Positions 49,086 through 62,384 of a stretch of DNA of 64,000 nucleotides are shown piece by piece. The stretch lies in assembly GCF_036321535.1 (NCBI RefSeq), contig NC_087447.1, forward strand, positions 50,160,001-50,224,000, in the 5' to 3' direction. Position 1 is the first letter of the stretch; every line of letters starts with the position of its first letter. The position numbers and the translations under genes are program-made. The notes below the pieces were generated by a model. It was not told where the DNA came from, did not search any database, and saw nothing but the letters and a program-made list of their open reading frames with translations. The DNA is from Camelus dromedarius. Its lineage: Eukaryota.

Positions 49086-51237
49086 ATGACCACGTACTAT
49101 CACACAATCATTTCATCTTAAAAAAAAAAGACATTTTAATGCTATAAAACGGGAAAGGCATAATCTCAATAAAGGACAGTCAGTCCTGCTAAAAAGGGGC
49201 AGTGGTAAATTTACAATAACAAAAATTACAGGAGAGAAACAATTAAAGCTTTATTTCACAATATTACTCATACAACAGTTTTGTCAATTTAGGAGTTCTA
49301 TATCCAGCCTGTTCCTAAGCTTTATCACAGTTGTTGAGGAAAACCCTGTTTCACTTGGTTATCCTGAGGGAAATGGAAGCCACACCCAGCATAGCTCCAC
49401 AGAATTTGGAATGTTCCACCACAGCTGAGAGAAGCTGAGGACCAAGACAGCAACCACCAGCCCCTGCCCACTCTACCATTTGATGGGGCAGGAGGCCAGG
49501 TGGCGGGACTCAGAGCAAGCGGGCAGGCACCCTGACCAGCTGGCACAGAGTAGTCAGACTTTTACCTGAAAGGGATGCTGGAGACCTTTGTTAGAGAGCC
49601 TGGCCAGTCAATCCATCTACAAGCTTTTGGGAACCACCCCTCAGTCAGACTCCCTCAAATGAAAACAGGCCCAGAGAGAAGAGGTGATTTACCTAAAGTC
49701 ACATAGCAAGTTAGTGAAGAGCTGGGGCTAGAACACAGGGCTCTGGCCTGTCAGCCCCGTGTTCTCCCCACCCACCCTGGCTCTGGGGATCCTGGCTGTC
49801 TTCTTTCCTGACCCTGAAAGCAGCCTCACAGGTCCTGCTATGTTGCCATAAACTCTTCAGGGCTCTAGCTCTGATGGCCAGAGATGGGCTGGTGCTGGCC
49901 TGTGGAGGATCAAGTTACCTGCTTGGAGTGAGTCCCCCCCAGGAGCCAGCAGCCCTCCAGTTTGGCAGGAGGACAACTTGGCGGGGCTGTACACTTGGAA
50001 GATGCCAGAGCTTCTACAATGGAGGGCTTCAGCCATCCAACACCTCCTTTGGGGCTGCTGTCACCAAACCCAAGCTGACACCCTGGCTCTGGGCAGAGGA
50101 TGGCGGGGGCGGCTACAGGGGGGAGGCTGTTCAGAAGGCTCTGCCAGGCAACGGAGGGAAGGGGGTGGGGGGCTTGGCCTCTGCAAGACGACTTCTTTCC
50201 CTCCTCACAGGCTTTGCTTAGGCCATGCCTTTTTCCTGCTTCTCTTTCCTCATAGACACGCCCAGTCTCCACAAAGCTTCTTTGATTGGGAGCCCGAGAC
50301 CTGGTCTACTCTTTGAGCCCTTCATCACCTAATCTGTGAAATCGCTGGTTGTGAGCATGGAATATCTCTAAGGGAATATCCTGTCGGCGCAGATATTGTG
50401 CCTCCCAGGTCAGCAGTGTTGTGGGTGGGCTCCCAGATGAGGATGTGGACCCTTGGTAGCCCAGGTGGCCAATTCCTCCCCTGAGTGGAGGGGTGGGGAC
50501 CCTTAATTTCTCTACCATATATCAGAGTGCTTCAAACCTGGAAGAAAATCCAGTTAACCATATGTTCCAGGCACCTGGAAGGTCTCAATAAATATTTATT
50601 GAGTAGATGAAAGAATATTAAGGTTTAGCTTAAGATTATTTGAAAGAAAGCTACCACTGCTTTAAAAAAGAGAATCAAAGAACTCATCCAGCTGCCCTCA
50701 TTTGACAGAAGAGGAAATAGGCTCAGTGAAGACCCTTTCTTGCTGAAGGTCCCACAGGGAACACATGGGGCCAGGCAGGTGTCCTGAGCCCAGCCATTTG
50801 AGTGCTGCTCCTCTGATGGGTGAGAGCCCATCGAGGGTCAAGGCTAACTACTCCATGAGCAGCCTCACTACTCAGTCCTCAAATCAGTAGCTTCCTGGGA
50901 CACGCCCATTCTTCAGTTGGCACCCTGAGCTTCTTGAAAATTCTTGTCATTCCTTGGGCTAGCTTGCCCCACCCCATCCTTCTTCTTTCCAATTTCCCCC
51001 AACTTCCCCATCCTCTGCTGTAAGCTGTGTGACTTTGGGCAAGTTGCTCAACTTCTCTGAGCTTTCATGATTTAAACTGAGAGGAACATTACTGACCCTG
51101 GAGGGTTGCTGTGAGGTTCACAAGCTCTAGCAGAGAAAGTGCACAATAAATAAAGTCCATATTTATGGGGACACCCCCCCCCAACTCTTTGCCAGACACA
51201 TGTAAGACACAGGTCACTTTCTGCACAAAGTAGGGTA

Positions 51238-51470
51238 GGGGTTAAGCAGAGGTTAGATTCACAGGCAGGGCCAACCTGAGTTAGAAATCTGGCCCTATCA
51301 CTGACTCACTCTGTGACCCTGGGCAAGTCACTTAGCCTTTCTAGGACTCTCTTTGTTCAACTGTAGAATGGAGATAATAATACCGACCTTGCTGGGTTGT
51401 TGAGAGGATTAAATATGAGTCCTATAAATGCCTAGTGCTTGGCATATGGTAGGTGCTCAATGAAAGGCAG
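51238..51470 (+). mobile_element. MIR SINE, near full length
   Basis: ggttaagc...tgtgaccctgggcaagtcactta...ctgtagaatggagataataatacc...ggcatatggtaggtgctcaat. Confidence 0.88.
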
Positions 51471-52759
51471 CCTTATGCATTTCTTTCTCCATGAAGTGCC
51501 CACTGGGCCAGTGCTGTGGGCCCCCCACCTCCACCCCAGCCCAGGTCATCAGGTAAGCACTGGCACCCAGTGTTTAGTAAGTCCTCAGTTCAAGGCTGTA
51601 GAACCCTACTTGGGTATAACCAGGAGTACCAAAATAAAGAGGAAAGAGGAGGCCCCAAGATGGAGAGCTTGGAGTGAGCGTGCTGTGCTCAGCTGGCAGC
51701 CAGCAGGCCTGGCCCTGAGCCCCTAGCAATCACCTTTGTAAATCAGATTCTTCCCTTCAAGCAAGCAAGCAAGCAGGCCCTGGAGGAGGCCCTGGCCAAG
51801 CACAGCAGCACCTTTGTGAGCTCTTGGCTCTCCCCACAGCTCCCCCCTCATCCTTGTCATCCCTGCAAGGAGCCTGGAGGTGGTACTCCAGGCAGGGGAG
51901 CAGCTCCCTGGCTCCCTGGCCCCCATCACCTCCAGAAATCTCTAACCACCTCAAACTGGCATGCAAGGTCAGGGATCTGGTCTCAGCCCCATCTCCAGTC
52001 ACATCTCCCTTCTGGGCCCTTGCTCCCTCCCAGGCTGCCACTTAGTCTTTGCACATGTGGTTCTCTCTCCTTTGATTCTCTGGAGAGGTGTGAACGGGGC
52101 CAGGGCTGCGGAGGAGCAGGGGGAGGTCTTCACTCCAGGAGGGCTCAGCATTGTCTTCCCATCCTCTGCTGCTCATGGACCAACCCTTCACCCCGATCCT
52201 GGCCAGTTGTAACCACTCAGACCTCAGATTAAGTTGGCTGGGTGGCTTTAGGCTGGAGAGCCACTTTCTTCCCCTGGACAAAGAGAGGAAATTCTTGCCT
52301 AGGGCAGGCCCTAGTGGAGCCATTTTCTGTCCACTCAGGGACTCAAGGAGACCCCTCAGACTCTGTCCTTGACCCTCAACCCACCCAGGCGAGCTGGTGC
52401 CTCATCACCATCCGAGGATGGCTTGGGCTCTAGGAACCTGACTCACAAACCTCCATCCTTCTGGCGTCCAGCCTCGTGTGAGTTACTGCTCAGAGCTTCC
52501 CTGCAGCCAGGACCCTGGGCAGTTCCTCCTCACTCATCAGGTCGGGCTTGGGGGGAACCCTGTGACATTCTCACTGAGCACTGCCCCACCACATATCCCT
52601 GCCACCATGGCAGAGCCCCTGCTTGTCTCTTTCACACTGGATTCCCAGGGCCTGGAACAAGGTTGTGGCTCAAAAACAAAAACTGCCTGCCTGGCCCAGG
52701 ACCCCCACCCCCTTTGCTGCCAGCACCTGACCCCATGTTCATTTCACTGAGAAGTGAGC

Positions 52760-53548
52760 ACTTCTGCGTGAAAAAAAAAAATCTATAAAGTCAGACAAAT
52801 GACAAATAGAGAAAATACTTATACACAAGACAGACAAAATGCTAATTCTCCTAATATTTTATAAAACAGTAAGAAAATATCTTTGTTCATATTTTTTATC
52901 CAATTGGAAAAAATTTTACAAAAAAGGGAAAAATTACCTATGAAAAGACACTTAACTTCACTCAAAATTTGATTAAACATAACAGTGAGATATACTTTTT
53001 GAACTATGGCCCTCAGATTGGCTTAGATCAAATAGAATGCTATCTATGAAAGGTCTACTTGCACGTTTACAATAATAGATAAGGATATTTGTTGCAGTAT
53101 TGTTTAGAACTATAAAGGAACAGATAGTAACCATTTTAGGCTTGAGGAACATATGGGCTCATTGTACATACCTACAAAAAAAGGGAATGGGCCAGGCGTA
53201 GGCAGCAGGCTGTAGCTTGCCAAGCCCTGGTTCAGATTAATAAAAGATTAGAAATGACCTTGATGCCCCTCAGTAGAGGAACGGCTAAACACACATGACA
53301 TATCCCTAGGAATATGCCTGCAGAAGAGATGTGCTTATCAGTTGCCTCCAAATGCATTTTGAAAAGGGACACATCCTGTGTAACCTAGAATTCCCTGGGA
53401 GGATACAGAAGAGCTACACCTAACTGCCTCTGGAAGGAGGAAACTGGGAGTCTAAGGGAGCAAGGGTGGGAGGAAAACTTTTCAAAGCATACCCTATTGC
53501 TCTGTTTGAAATCTATTCATACTGTAAACACATATTAACTTAAAAAAT
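52760..53548 (+). mobile_element. Decayed L1M fragment containing a deleted MER58-like insert (53110-53229)
   Basis: agacaaatgacaaa...tgaaaagac...aacagtgagata...aaggatatttgttgcagtattgttt; insert taaagg..cagatagtaa..attttaggctt...tgtagcttgccaagccctg. Confidence 0.65.
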
Positions 53549-56500
53549 TAATTCCCTAGTCCCCCAAGTAAAGATGTTCCCTGAAACAAAGGGATTTGTG
53601 GAGAAATGTTTGGCCCATGCAGGGTTAAGTAAAGTCATAGTATCTTTGCGCAGGATTTGGAGTGAGGTGGCTTTTAATATGCTGCTGTGCTTTGTGAATC
53701 CCAAGAAAGATTGATGCAGCACTTTCCTGTGCTTACTGTGGGACCGGGATTCCGCAGAGGACTTCTGTGGGCTAGTATCCTGTGAGTAGGTGCTGGGAAT
53801 TCCCATCTCTAGGAGCAAGCACAAATGCTTTCACCCTCATTATTCTCTCTCTCACATACACACAACACACACATGTGCGTGTGCTGTACCATAGCATTTC
53901 CTGAAGTGCATTCCTTAGGTCACTGGTCTCACAAGATGCTCTGTGGTCAAATATTCTTGAGAAACTCTGTTTCTCATTGCAGATGACAAATTATTGCTTA
54001 CACTTCTCCCAGATTTATAGCTTTTCTGTCTTTGCTCACACTATCCCTTCCATCTGGACTACTCTTTGTTTTAACCTACCTCTTCTTGCCAAAGCTCCAG
54101 CTCATCTGTCAAGGCTTGGGTCTCATGCTTTCTGCACCATGGTAAAGGCTTCTTGGATCCTGGAAAAATCCTAGAGATGCCTGACAAGTATCCCCAGACA
54201 CGTGTTGAAAGAAAGAAAGAAATTACTGAGTGCAATAGAGGAATGCTTGAAGGAGAGAGGAGGAAGGTACAGAGGGATGGATGGGTGGAGGGTTAGATCG
54301 CTGAGGGTGATTGTGATTGGATTAATGAGTGTGGATGCAGTAGCTTGTTATACCTGTATCCACAATTCTATTCATTGTGGGTGGTACAGGCAGGACCTCA
54401 CCTCTGTAGATTTGACTGAGGGACCCAAAGCAGCTCGTGGGCATGCTCTTGGGCAGTCAGAGTGGATAGGTCCCTCTCTCCCAAGCCTCTTCCCTGGGTC
54501 CTCATCCCTGTCGGAAGCCCCTCTAAGAAAAATGCCCAGCTCAGGATGCAGATCTGGGGATGTCTTGCTGCATTATGTGTTCTTGCCCTTTAGACTGTCC
54601 CCACAGGCACTCCCTAGGAAGTGGGCATCCCCTGTTATTTTGACTAGAGAACCTATGGGGGTCTCTAGAAACTGAGTTGTCCTCACTCCCTACCTGGACT
54701 CTGCAGCCCACTGGACACCCCAACACTGCCCTCTCAGGGACCCTATGAGGATGGATTTGCACAGGGATTCAAAATGGAAAGAGGCCAATTCACCTGCTTA
54801 TTTTTAAGCAAGTTTCCTTAAAAGCAAGTTTCCTTACAAGCAATTTCCTCTGGAACCTTCAGCAAATTCCCTAACCTCTTTGAACCCTATTTTCCCTCAC
54901 TCCACAATGGGTATATCTACCTCATTGTCTTTTTATGACTGTTAAGTTAAACAAAGTAGATGGAAGTACCTGGCACACAGTAGGTTCTTAGCAACAGTTT
55001 CTCTTCCTTTTTCCCCAGTGTAGATTCTGAGCTGCTGGAGAGATCGTTTCTTAGTTTTCCATTGTGTGGTGTTAGGACACTGAATGAAGGATAAATTGGA
55101 ACGGATGGGAGAAGGCAGCTGTGGCTCAGTCTATATGCCAAGAACAGGTATGCAAATTTCAAAAGCAGCCTCAGCCCCAGGGAAGGCTTCCCTAAGCCTT
55201 TCCCTTCAACATTTGCTTTGATCATTCTGCTTGTGACCAGCTGGTTTTCTCGTCAGTCTCCCCTCTCACCCCCACCCACATTCCACAGATGTGGACTCCC
55301 CTCAGATCAGGTGCTGGAGATGACTCAGCTCTGTGTCCCCAAGCCCCTCTCAGTGCTTGGCACAGAGCAGGCTCACCAGATGTGGTAGCCGGAAAGGCTA
55401 GTCTCTGCAGTTGTCACTGACGTCCCCTTAAAGAACAGTTTCACTTGCTGCCAAAAGGGTGCTGAGCCCTTGGCAAGAGTTAGCAGGCACTAGGAGCCCA
55501 GACAAGGAGAGGGGATGAGGTGGTAAGCAGCAGGGATGGACAGAACTGGATGAGGGACAAGCCACTTTGTGATTTGACCTTGGGCTTTAATTCATTCATT
55601 AAACACAATGAACAAATATTACATGCCTATGTTTGCCAGGCAGTTTGCACATTCTGGCTTGGGATACTGGGGGGTGCTGGTCAAGAGTGATGCAGATCTG
55701 GCCCTATGCATTCTTGGGCAAGTTGCTTAACATCTCTGAGCCTCCGTGACACCATCAGCAATAAGGTCATAACACTCAGTGTTTCACAATGTAGTTCTGA
55801 GGGTTATATGAGTTTATTTATGTAAATTGCTTGACACAATCCCTGCTAGATTACTGTTTGCTGATATAATTGTTAAAGATATTAATAATCCTCACTCACG
55901 CCTGTGTGGTTAGAGCCAGGGCTCCAGCAAGCCTTGGAGTCCAGGCCAACAATCCAGTTTCTTCATCTGCAAGCTGAGAAAATTGGGGCCAAGGAAGTTG
56001 GAGGAGGAGCAGGAACAGATCCCTGGCCAGGGGCTTTCAGGGCACTCTTTCCATCTGAGCTGTTGTTTTTCCCTGAGTTTAGAGCCTGCAGAGCAGACGT
56101 GTATGCTGATTTGCCAAGCACTCCTTGGGGGGAAGTGGTATGTGAAGCTGGGGCGCAGTTTGCACATAACAGTGCAATAAAGGCGACTTCCTGGTCTCAC
56201 AGCTGAGGATGTACTTAAGGCACAATCCACTGCTGGGCCTGCAGTGTGCTGCTCTGAGCACCTCCTCCTCTCTGGCTGTCCCTTCTGCTGAGTTACAGCC
56301 TGGCCCAGGAGAATTTATTGCTTCACCCCCAGAACATTCCCTTATTGGAGTTTGAGGCAATAATAATGATACAAGTGTATTTGTAAGATTTTCCACTGTT
56401 TCCATCATGCTGTCATATCTCTGATTTCGTTTGACCTCCACAACATTTTTTAACAGATAGAGAAACTGAGGCATGAGGGATTAAGTAATTTATCCTGGTA

Positions 56501-58039
56501 CCAGTCACCAGGTATTTTCATGAACTCTAGTGCTTATTCAATTACTTAAAATTAAGAGCAGACACTCACTAGGTGCCTCATGGAAGCCAGTCTCCATTCA
56601 AAATGCTCTACCAACATTAAGTCCTAGTAAACTTCACAGGCACCCTCTGTAGCAGAAACTTATTATTCCTCTCCCAGATGACAGAGGTCAAGGGGGCCTA
56701 TCTTGTGCAAAGCTGGTATGTGGCAGAACAAGAACATGAATACAGGTCTCTGGGTCCACATGACAAAAATTTTTTGGTAGCATTCATTCTGAAGTGACAT
56801 ATTCTGTATTTTCTCAATTCTAAGATACATCTCCCCTAATTTAATGGTTTTTAAATTGAGATGCAACTTAAAACCAATGTATATTTATGTAGAAATCTTT
56901 TTTATTCTTCCAAACCTGCTATTTAATTAAAGTGTCTCTCATAACTAATATTCTCTTAGAATTGAGAATTGAGGGTGGGAGGTATGAATGTGGGAGATGC
57001 TGATGGAGTCAGATGGGAAGGAAGGAGACAGAGCAGCAGCCCTCCCTGTGCTGGGGTGTTGCCTGGCCCTCTGCCCCAGCTGTCCTCTGGCCTAGCTCAT
57101 ACTGCTCTCATCCAAGAAGCCTTACCAGGAAGCTTATCCTTTTCTAATTTCATCAAGAGCCTTTTTAAATTTCAGAGCATTTCAGTGACATGACAGAGCG
57201 AATAGCTGACTAAACACTTTCTCCTCAATCATAGGTGATACTAACATCCTTGTTTCACAGATGAGAAGACTAAGGCTTGGAGAGGGGCGGTAACTTGCCT
57301 AACCTCTCTCTCAAGAGAAGCGGAGTGAGTCTTCAGGTTCTTCACACCAGTACTGAAGCTTATTCTGGGGTAGTTAACCATAACCAGCTGGTTAGCAGTA
57401 GGGTTAGGCAAGCCTTACCCTTGGAGAAAGTGGCATTCCATGTTGTGCTGAGGTTTGTCCATGACTGCACAATACATGCTGTGACATCTGAGCTCACAGT
57501 GGTGAAACGGTTTGCCCAAGGCCCCACAACTCCCAAGCGGCAGCCCTCGGACTGGGTCTCCTCACACCAAACCTTGCTCTTTACTGCTCCTTACTGCTGG
57601 TCTGTTCAGCCTGCCTCTTCTCTCACTCCGAGGCTTCTGGGTCCTGGCCAGGCCTGCTTCCACTCTCCCTTGCAGGAAAGGGACAGCAGCTGTTCCAGGC
57701 CTCCCCAGGAGAAGGAGCATCTACATCCCTGCTCTCACTGATGTCACAGGGGTTGTGGTCTGGCCCCTCCAGCATTGGCCACCAATGATCTAACTCTTCC
57801 ACACTCAGCAGTGATATGCACAGGACCCAGACTCCAAATCAGAGAGCACAGAGCTGGAGGAAGTCCCCACAGTGGTGTGTTTTGACAAGTCGATTGGGGA
57901 TGACACTGCCAATCTCACAGGTTATTATAAAGACTGAAATGACATAATATCTGTGAAGACCCTCGGTGCACTTGATTCAAGCGCTGGGGCAGGGTTGGGG
58001 CTGGCTGTATAGTGTAGGGCAAAGACAAGGGCTCTGGCT

Positions 58040-58200
58040 TTGGATAGACATGGGCTGTGTGACTGCAGGCAAATGATTTCTTTGAAATTCAGTTCTCTCA
58101 TAGGGATAATATATCAGCTTCATCAAAATGTGAGTCTTAAATGAGATTATACATATAAAGCACCTCACACAGTGCCTGGCATACAGGAAGCACTCAAATA
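58040..58200 (+). mobile_element. MIR SINE
   Basis: gctgtgtgact...ttaaatgagattatacatataaagcacctcacacagtgcctggcata. Confidence 0.85.
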
Positions 58201-59129
58201 TGAAATTCCTCCCTAAGTATAAGCTTTATTATATGAAATATAGCAGAACTTAATACCTTAATTCTATTATTTAAGCCCACTGCCAAATCTCATGCTGTGG
58301 GTAGGACTCTAACTTCAAATGAGCACTGAGATCGCTAATGACTTTAAAGCACCAGCAGCCACCTTTGCACTTAGTCATCTGTCTTCCAGTGGACTGCAAA
58401 GCTGGAAAAGGAATTGCGACCAGGGGAAAATGCCACTATGTAACAGAAGTAAATTAACAGTGCACATCTCCCTCTCCACACTGTTCCAGGTTTGCTCCCT
58501 TTGTCTATAAAAATGCTGGAGCACAGACACAAGCAGTTTCCAAAGAGGGCAATGAAAATTATATGGGTTGTGGTTTCAGAAGGAAAGGAAGAGAAGTAAA
58601 AAACAAGGCAGAAGTTACTTGACTAGGAAAGGAAGGGGTAAGATGGGAGATAAATAGAAGGGTATTACATGGCAAGGGAGGCTGGTGAGTCACATGCCAA
58701 GGCCGTTATTGTGGCAGGACCTGAGCGGACCAAAGGGATCATGTCTCAAGACTTGGAACACTTTGGAAGAAAGATTATACAAATCACAGATGTTATTAAT
58801 TATGATTAACAGTGACCAATGCGGGATTTGCTTTTTAGTTCAACCATGTTCTCTCATTTTCAAAACCTGTCCAGAAACTGCTGGCTGGATTACCGCACAC
58901 ACCTCACCTATGAAAGGCTCCACTCCTATGGCCAGTTCACACAGACGGGGGATTGAGGCTCAGCGTCTCTTGGAGCACTTCCCTGACCAGGAGGGCGATG
59001 ACCAGATACTGAGCAGGAATTTAGAGTTTTCAGGGCTTGGCCCCTAACTGCCTTTCCATCTTCATCTCCAGTTGCTTTCCCTTTCCCTCAATCCTCCACC
59101 ACTCTGAATTAGTGTTTGGGCCTAAGAAC

Positions 59130-59780
59130 ACATCATTTGTCCATTCATGCAACAAATATTGAGCACCAGTTACACACCAGGCGCTGTTAAAGGCAGTGGG
59201 ATTCAACCGCTACGAACACTACCAGGCCCCAGCCCTGGCAGGACTGACTTACTAGTACAGGAAGACAATCATTTCCAGAAAAGGTAGGCTAGTTTTGAAA
59301 GGGTTGTTAGAGAAGGCTTCTCCGTGGAGATAATATTTAAGCAAAGATCTGAATGATGTGAAAAGTGAGCTAGGAGCTAATTGGGCCAACAGCTTTCAAG
59401 GCACAGCAAGTGTAAAAGGTCATGAAAAATCTTTTCTGAATGAGCTTAGTGAGTAGGAGAAATGAAGAAGATTCCAATAGCTGGGCAAAGTGCACAGAAT
59501 CAGACTAGGAGATGTGGCCAGAGGTAGACATGGACTAGATCATGAAGGCCTTGGTATCATGGCTGGAGCTTGGATTCTGGTCTAAGACCATTGGAAGGGT
59601 CTGAAAAGAGAAGGCTCATGTTAACTTCGCCTGTTACATGGAAAATAAACTTGGAGATAAACTTGAGAGGTGACAGTGGTTTGAACTGAGGTGTAACAGC
59701 TGAGATGGTGAGAAGTAACTGGCAGCAAGTGATAGGGAGACACTGGTGATAGACACTTGAGCTGGGTCTTGGAGAATCAC
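59130..59780 (-). mobile_element. L2 3' region
   Basis: cattcatgcaacaaatattgagcacc...agagaaggcttctc...tttaagcaaagatctgaatgatg...agatcatgaaggcctt. Confidence 0.8.
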
Positions 59781-60129
59781 AGCCTGACAACTTGCTGCCA
59801 GGGTCAGAGACTTATCTTTTTAGCCAAAACACCTGGCATAATACTTGGCATGAAGTGTGTTAAATGGAACTGGAAAAGCAGCAACAAATCTTTTGGAAGA
59901 AAAATGTTTTCATGTAACTAATCTTGAGTTTTCTATTTCAAAATGCTTCCAAAGACGGGAAAACTAAATACATTGTAGAAAATAGGGAAACTTTTAAATT
60001 CTTCATACTACCACCACCTAGAAACAAGCATTATTGCTATTTTGGTATGCTTCCTCCCACCCTAGTCTTTTCATATACTTTTTTTTTTTTAAAGGTGGGG
60101 ATTTCCACTCTGAGGAGCAGCCTGCTCTA

Positions 60130-60326
60130 CCAGAATCAGTTGGTCAGTTTGACTCCCACTCCACAACTGAATGGCCTTTTACAAGTCACTTTCAAATCCA
60201 TAAAATGAGGATAGTAACACCTATTGCCTCAGGTTACTGTGAGACTAAACAAAATGATCCTTAACCAAGTACCTAATATGATGCTTGGTACATAGTAAAT
60301 GCCCAATATATAGTAGCTGTTATTAA
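60130..60326 (+). mobile_element. MIR SINE
   Basis: taaaatgaggatagtaacacct...catagtaaatgcccaata...agctgttatta. Confidence 0.82.
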
Positions 60327-62384
60327 TAAAAGGAAGTCCAAATCCCACAAGACACAATTATAAGGAAAGTTTTCAACATCTCATTTTTTAGTAAAAAGGC
60401 TTTGCAAACCCACAATCTAACCGCATGTACTCTTCCAAAGAAAAATAATCACACCAAAAATAGGAATTTGCCAAATAAGATGTAAGCAATACCAAATATT
60501 TTTAAAACCAAAATTTTACAGTAACGCAAAACAGTAATGTGCCAAGAACTAACCCCAGGCCCTGGCTTGTTTAATAAATCTCTCTTCTATAAAGCTGACA
60601 TACTTATGGGATTACCGTTTACATTAGTAAGTTTTAAGGGTGGACACTGCTCACCTGCCAAGAAATGATTTTTTCAGGCTTTCCATCTACAGTTTCCTCT
60701 GTGTGGTAGGACAGAGCACAGCACTGTCCGGACACCTCTGCTCTCCCCTGGCCTCTGCCCCCACCGAGTGGCGTGATCCTGAGCAAGCTGTCCTGTCTAG
60801 TCCTCTGTAAAATGAAGGGTAGTCCGTACAACTCTACTGCTCTAAAATTTTACTACAATGCAGATTTTACAGTTTAATATATGTAATACTAGTTTAAGGA
60901 AGAAGGATCACACCTTAATCAGTTATCTTGAAAACCTTAAATAGCATACTGAATATCATAATTATCATGTCTTTTTAGAGGGGGAGTGAATCACATTACA
61001 TGCATGTATTTCTTATACTAAAATAAATTGATATATTTTCATTGAGAAGAAAGTGAGAGACTAACTTAAAAATATTTGGGGTCATGAAATCCCCTATGTA
61101 GTACACACCATTTTCAAAGGTGGATCTTCTCTTAGCAAATGTCACTTACTCTGGCTTCAAATCTATTCCAAATGGACCTCTTATTGGCAATGTTGGTGGT
61201 GAATTTGGCTTAGTTTTATATACCATTATCACTCATTAATTAGATGAGGTCATTTATGGAAAAACAAACAGTGCTGATTTTGTTTCTGCAAACACCATTG
61301 CCTACCCTTTGACCGCCTATACTCAATGCTGACTGTCTACTCTTACCTACATTCTGGGAGACAAGGAACCACACAGGTTCTTGCTGGGTTTACATCTAGT
61401 AGAAGAGCCAGGCAAACCTGACAGCACCTGTAAAGGCCATGTAGATTTCAGGGACAGGGAAGCCCCTAGAGAAAGTGGTATCTAAGCTGAAGTCTGAAGG
61501 GTGAACAGCAAGGGTCTGAGGTGACGGCTGGAGACAAGAGCCAGTCTCACACTTTTCTAGGTCTAGCTAGGGCAGCACGTCCTCTAGTCAGGGCCCTCCC
61601 TTCTATGCTCCCTTCACATCGTGAGTTTTCCTCCATCTACGGTGACTGGTTTGTTCTGGATAGTCCAGCTTTATCTGTTGTTCTGGTGCAACTATTAATA
61701 GTGCTCCCTTAGACTCTCAGAAGTGCCCTGGTTGGGACAATGGTAGGATTAACCTACCTTTAGCCCTGCTCCTGGCCAATCCTGGCTTGCATGTCTGGCT
61801 CCCCGACGTGACTGAGCTCACTGAGGTTACGGGCTCAATCGTACTTACCTTTGCATCCATGGTATGGGCTCCACCTCATTCTTCTTTGATTCCGTGACCC
61901 TAAGCTTCATGCCTGAGACTAAGTTTAGATTGAGCACCACAGACATTCAATACAGTATTTGAAATTAGAATGAAAAGCAACTATGAGACAAGGTATTAGA
62001 TTTGCAAATCTTTATATCATATTAGAATCAGGGTTCCACATTTTTCTAGCTGTGTGGCCCTCTAATCCTTAGGTTTTCACCTGAAAAAAATAAGGATAAT
62101 TTTCATAGGGTGGAAAAATTTAAATGAGCACAGCACTGGCATATAGCAAGCACTCTGTGACCAGCAGCTGCTACCACAGACAGTATGAGCACTCCTCCTG
62201 CTGCTGCAACCCTGCTCTATGAAAACTGCCCTAAGGAAATTAAACCAACAGCCAACAAGCATCCAGTAGGCACTCAATAAGTGAGCATGAAACGAATGCT
62301 TGGTCTTATGCTACATGCTGGCTGCAGACTAGATTCTTAGATTATAAAAATGCATTAATCAAAATTACAACTTTGAAGTCAAAA

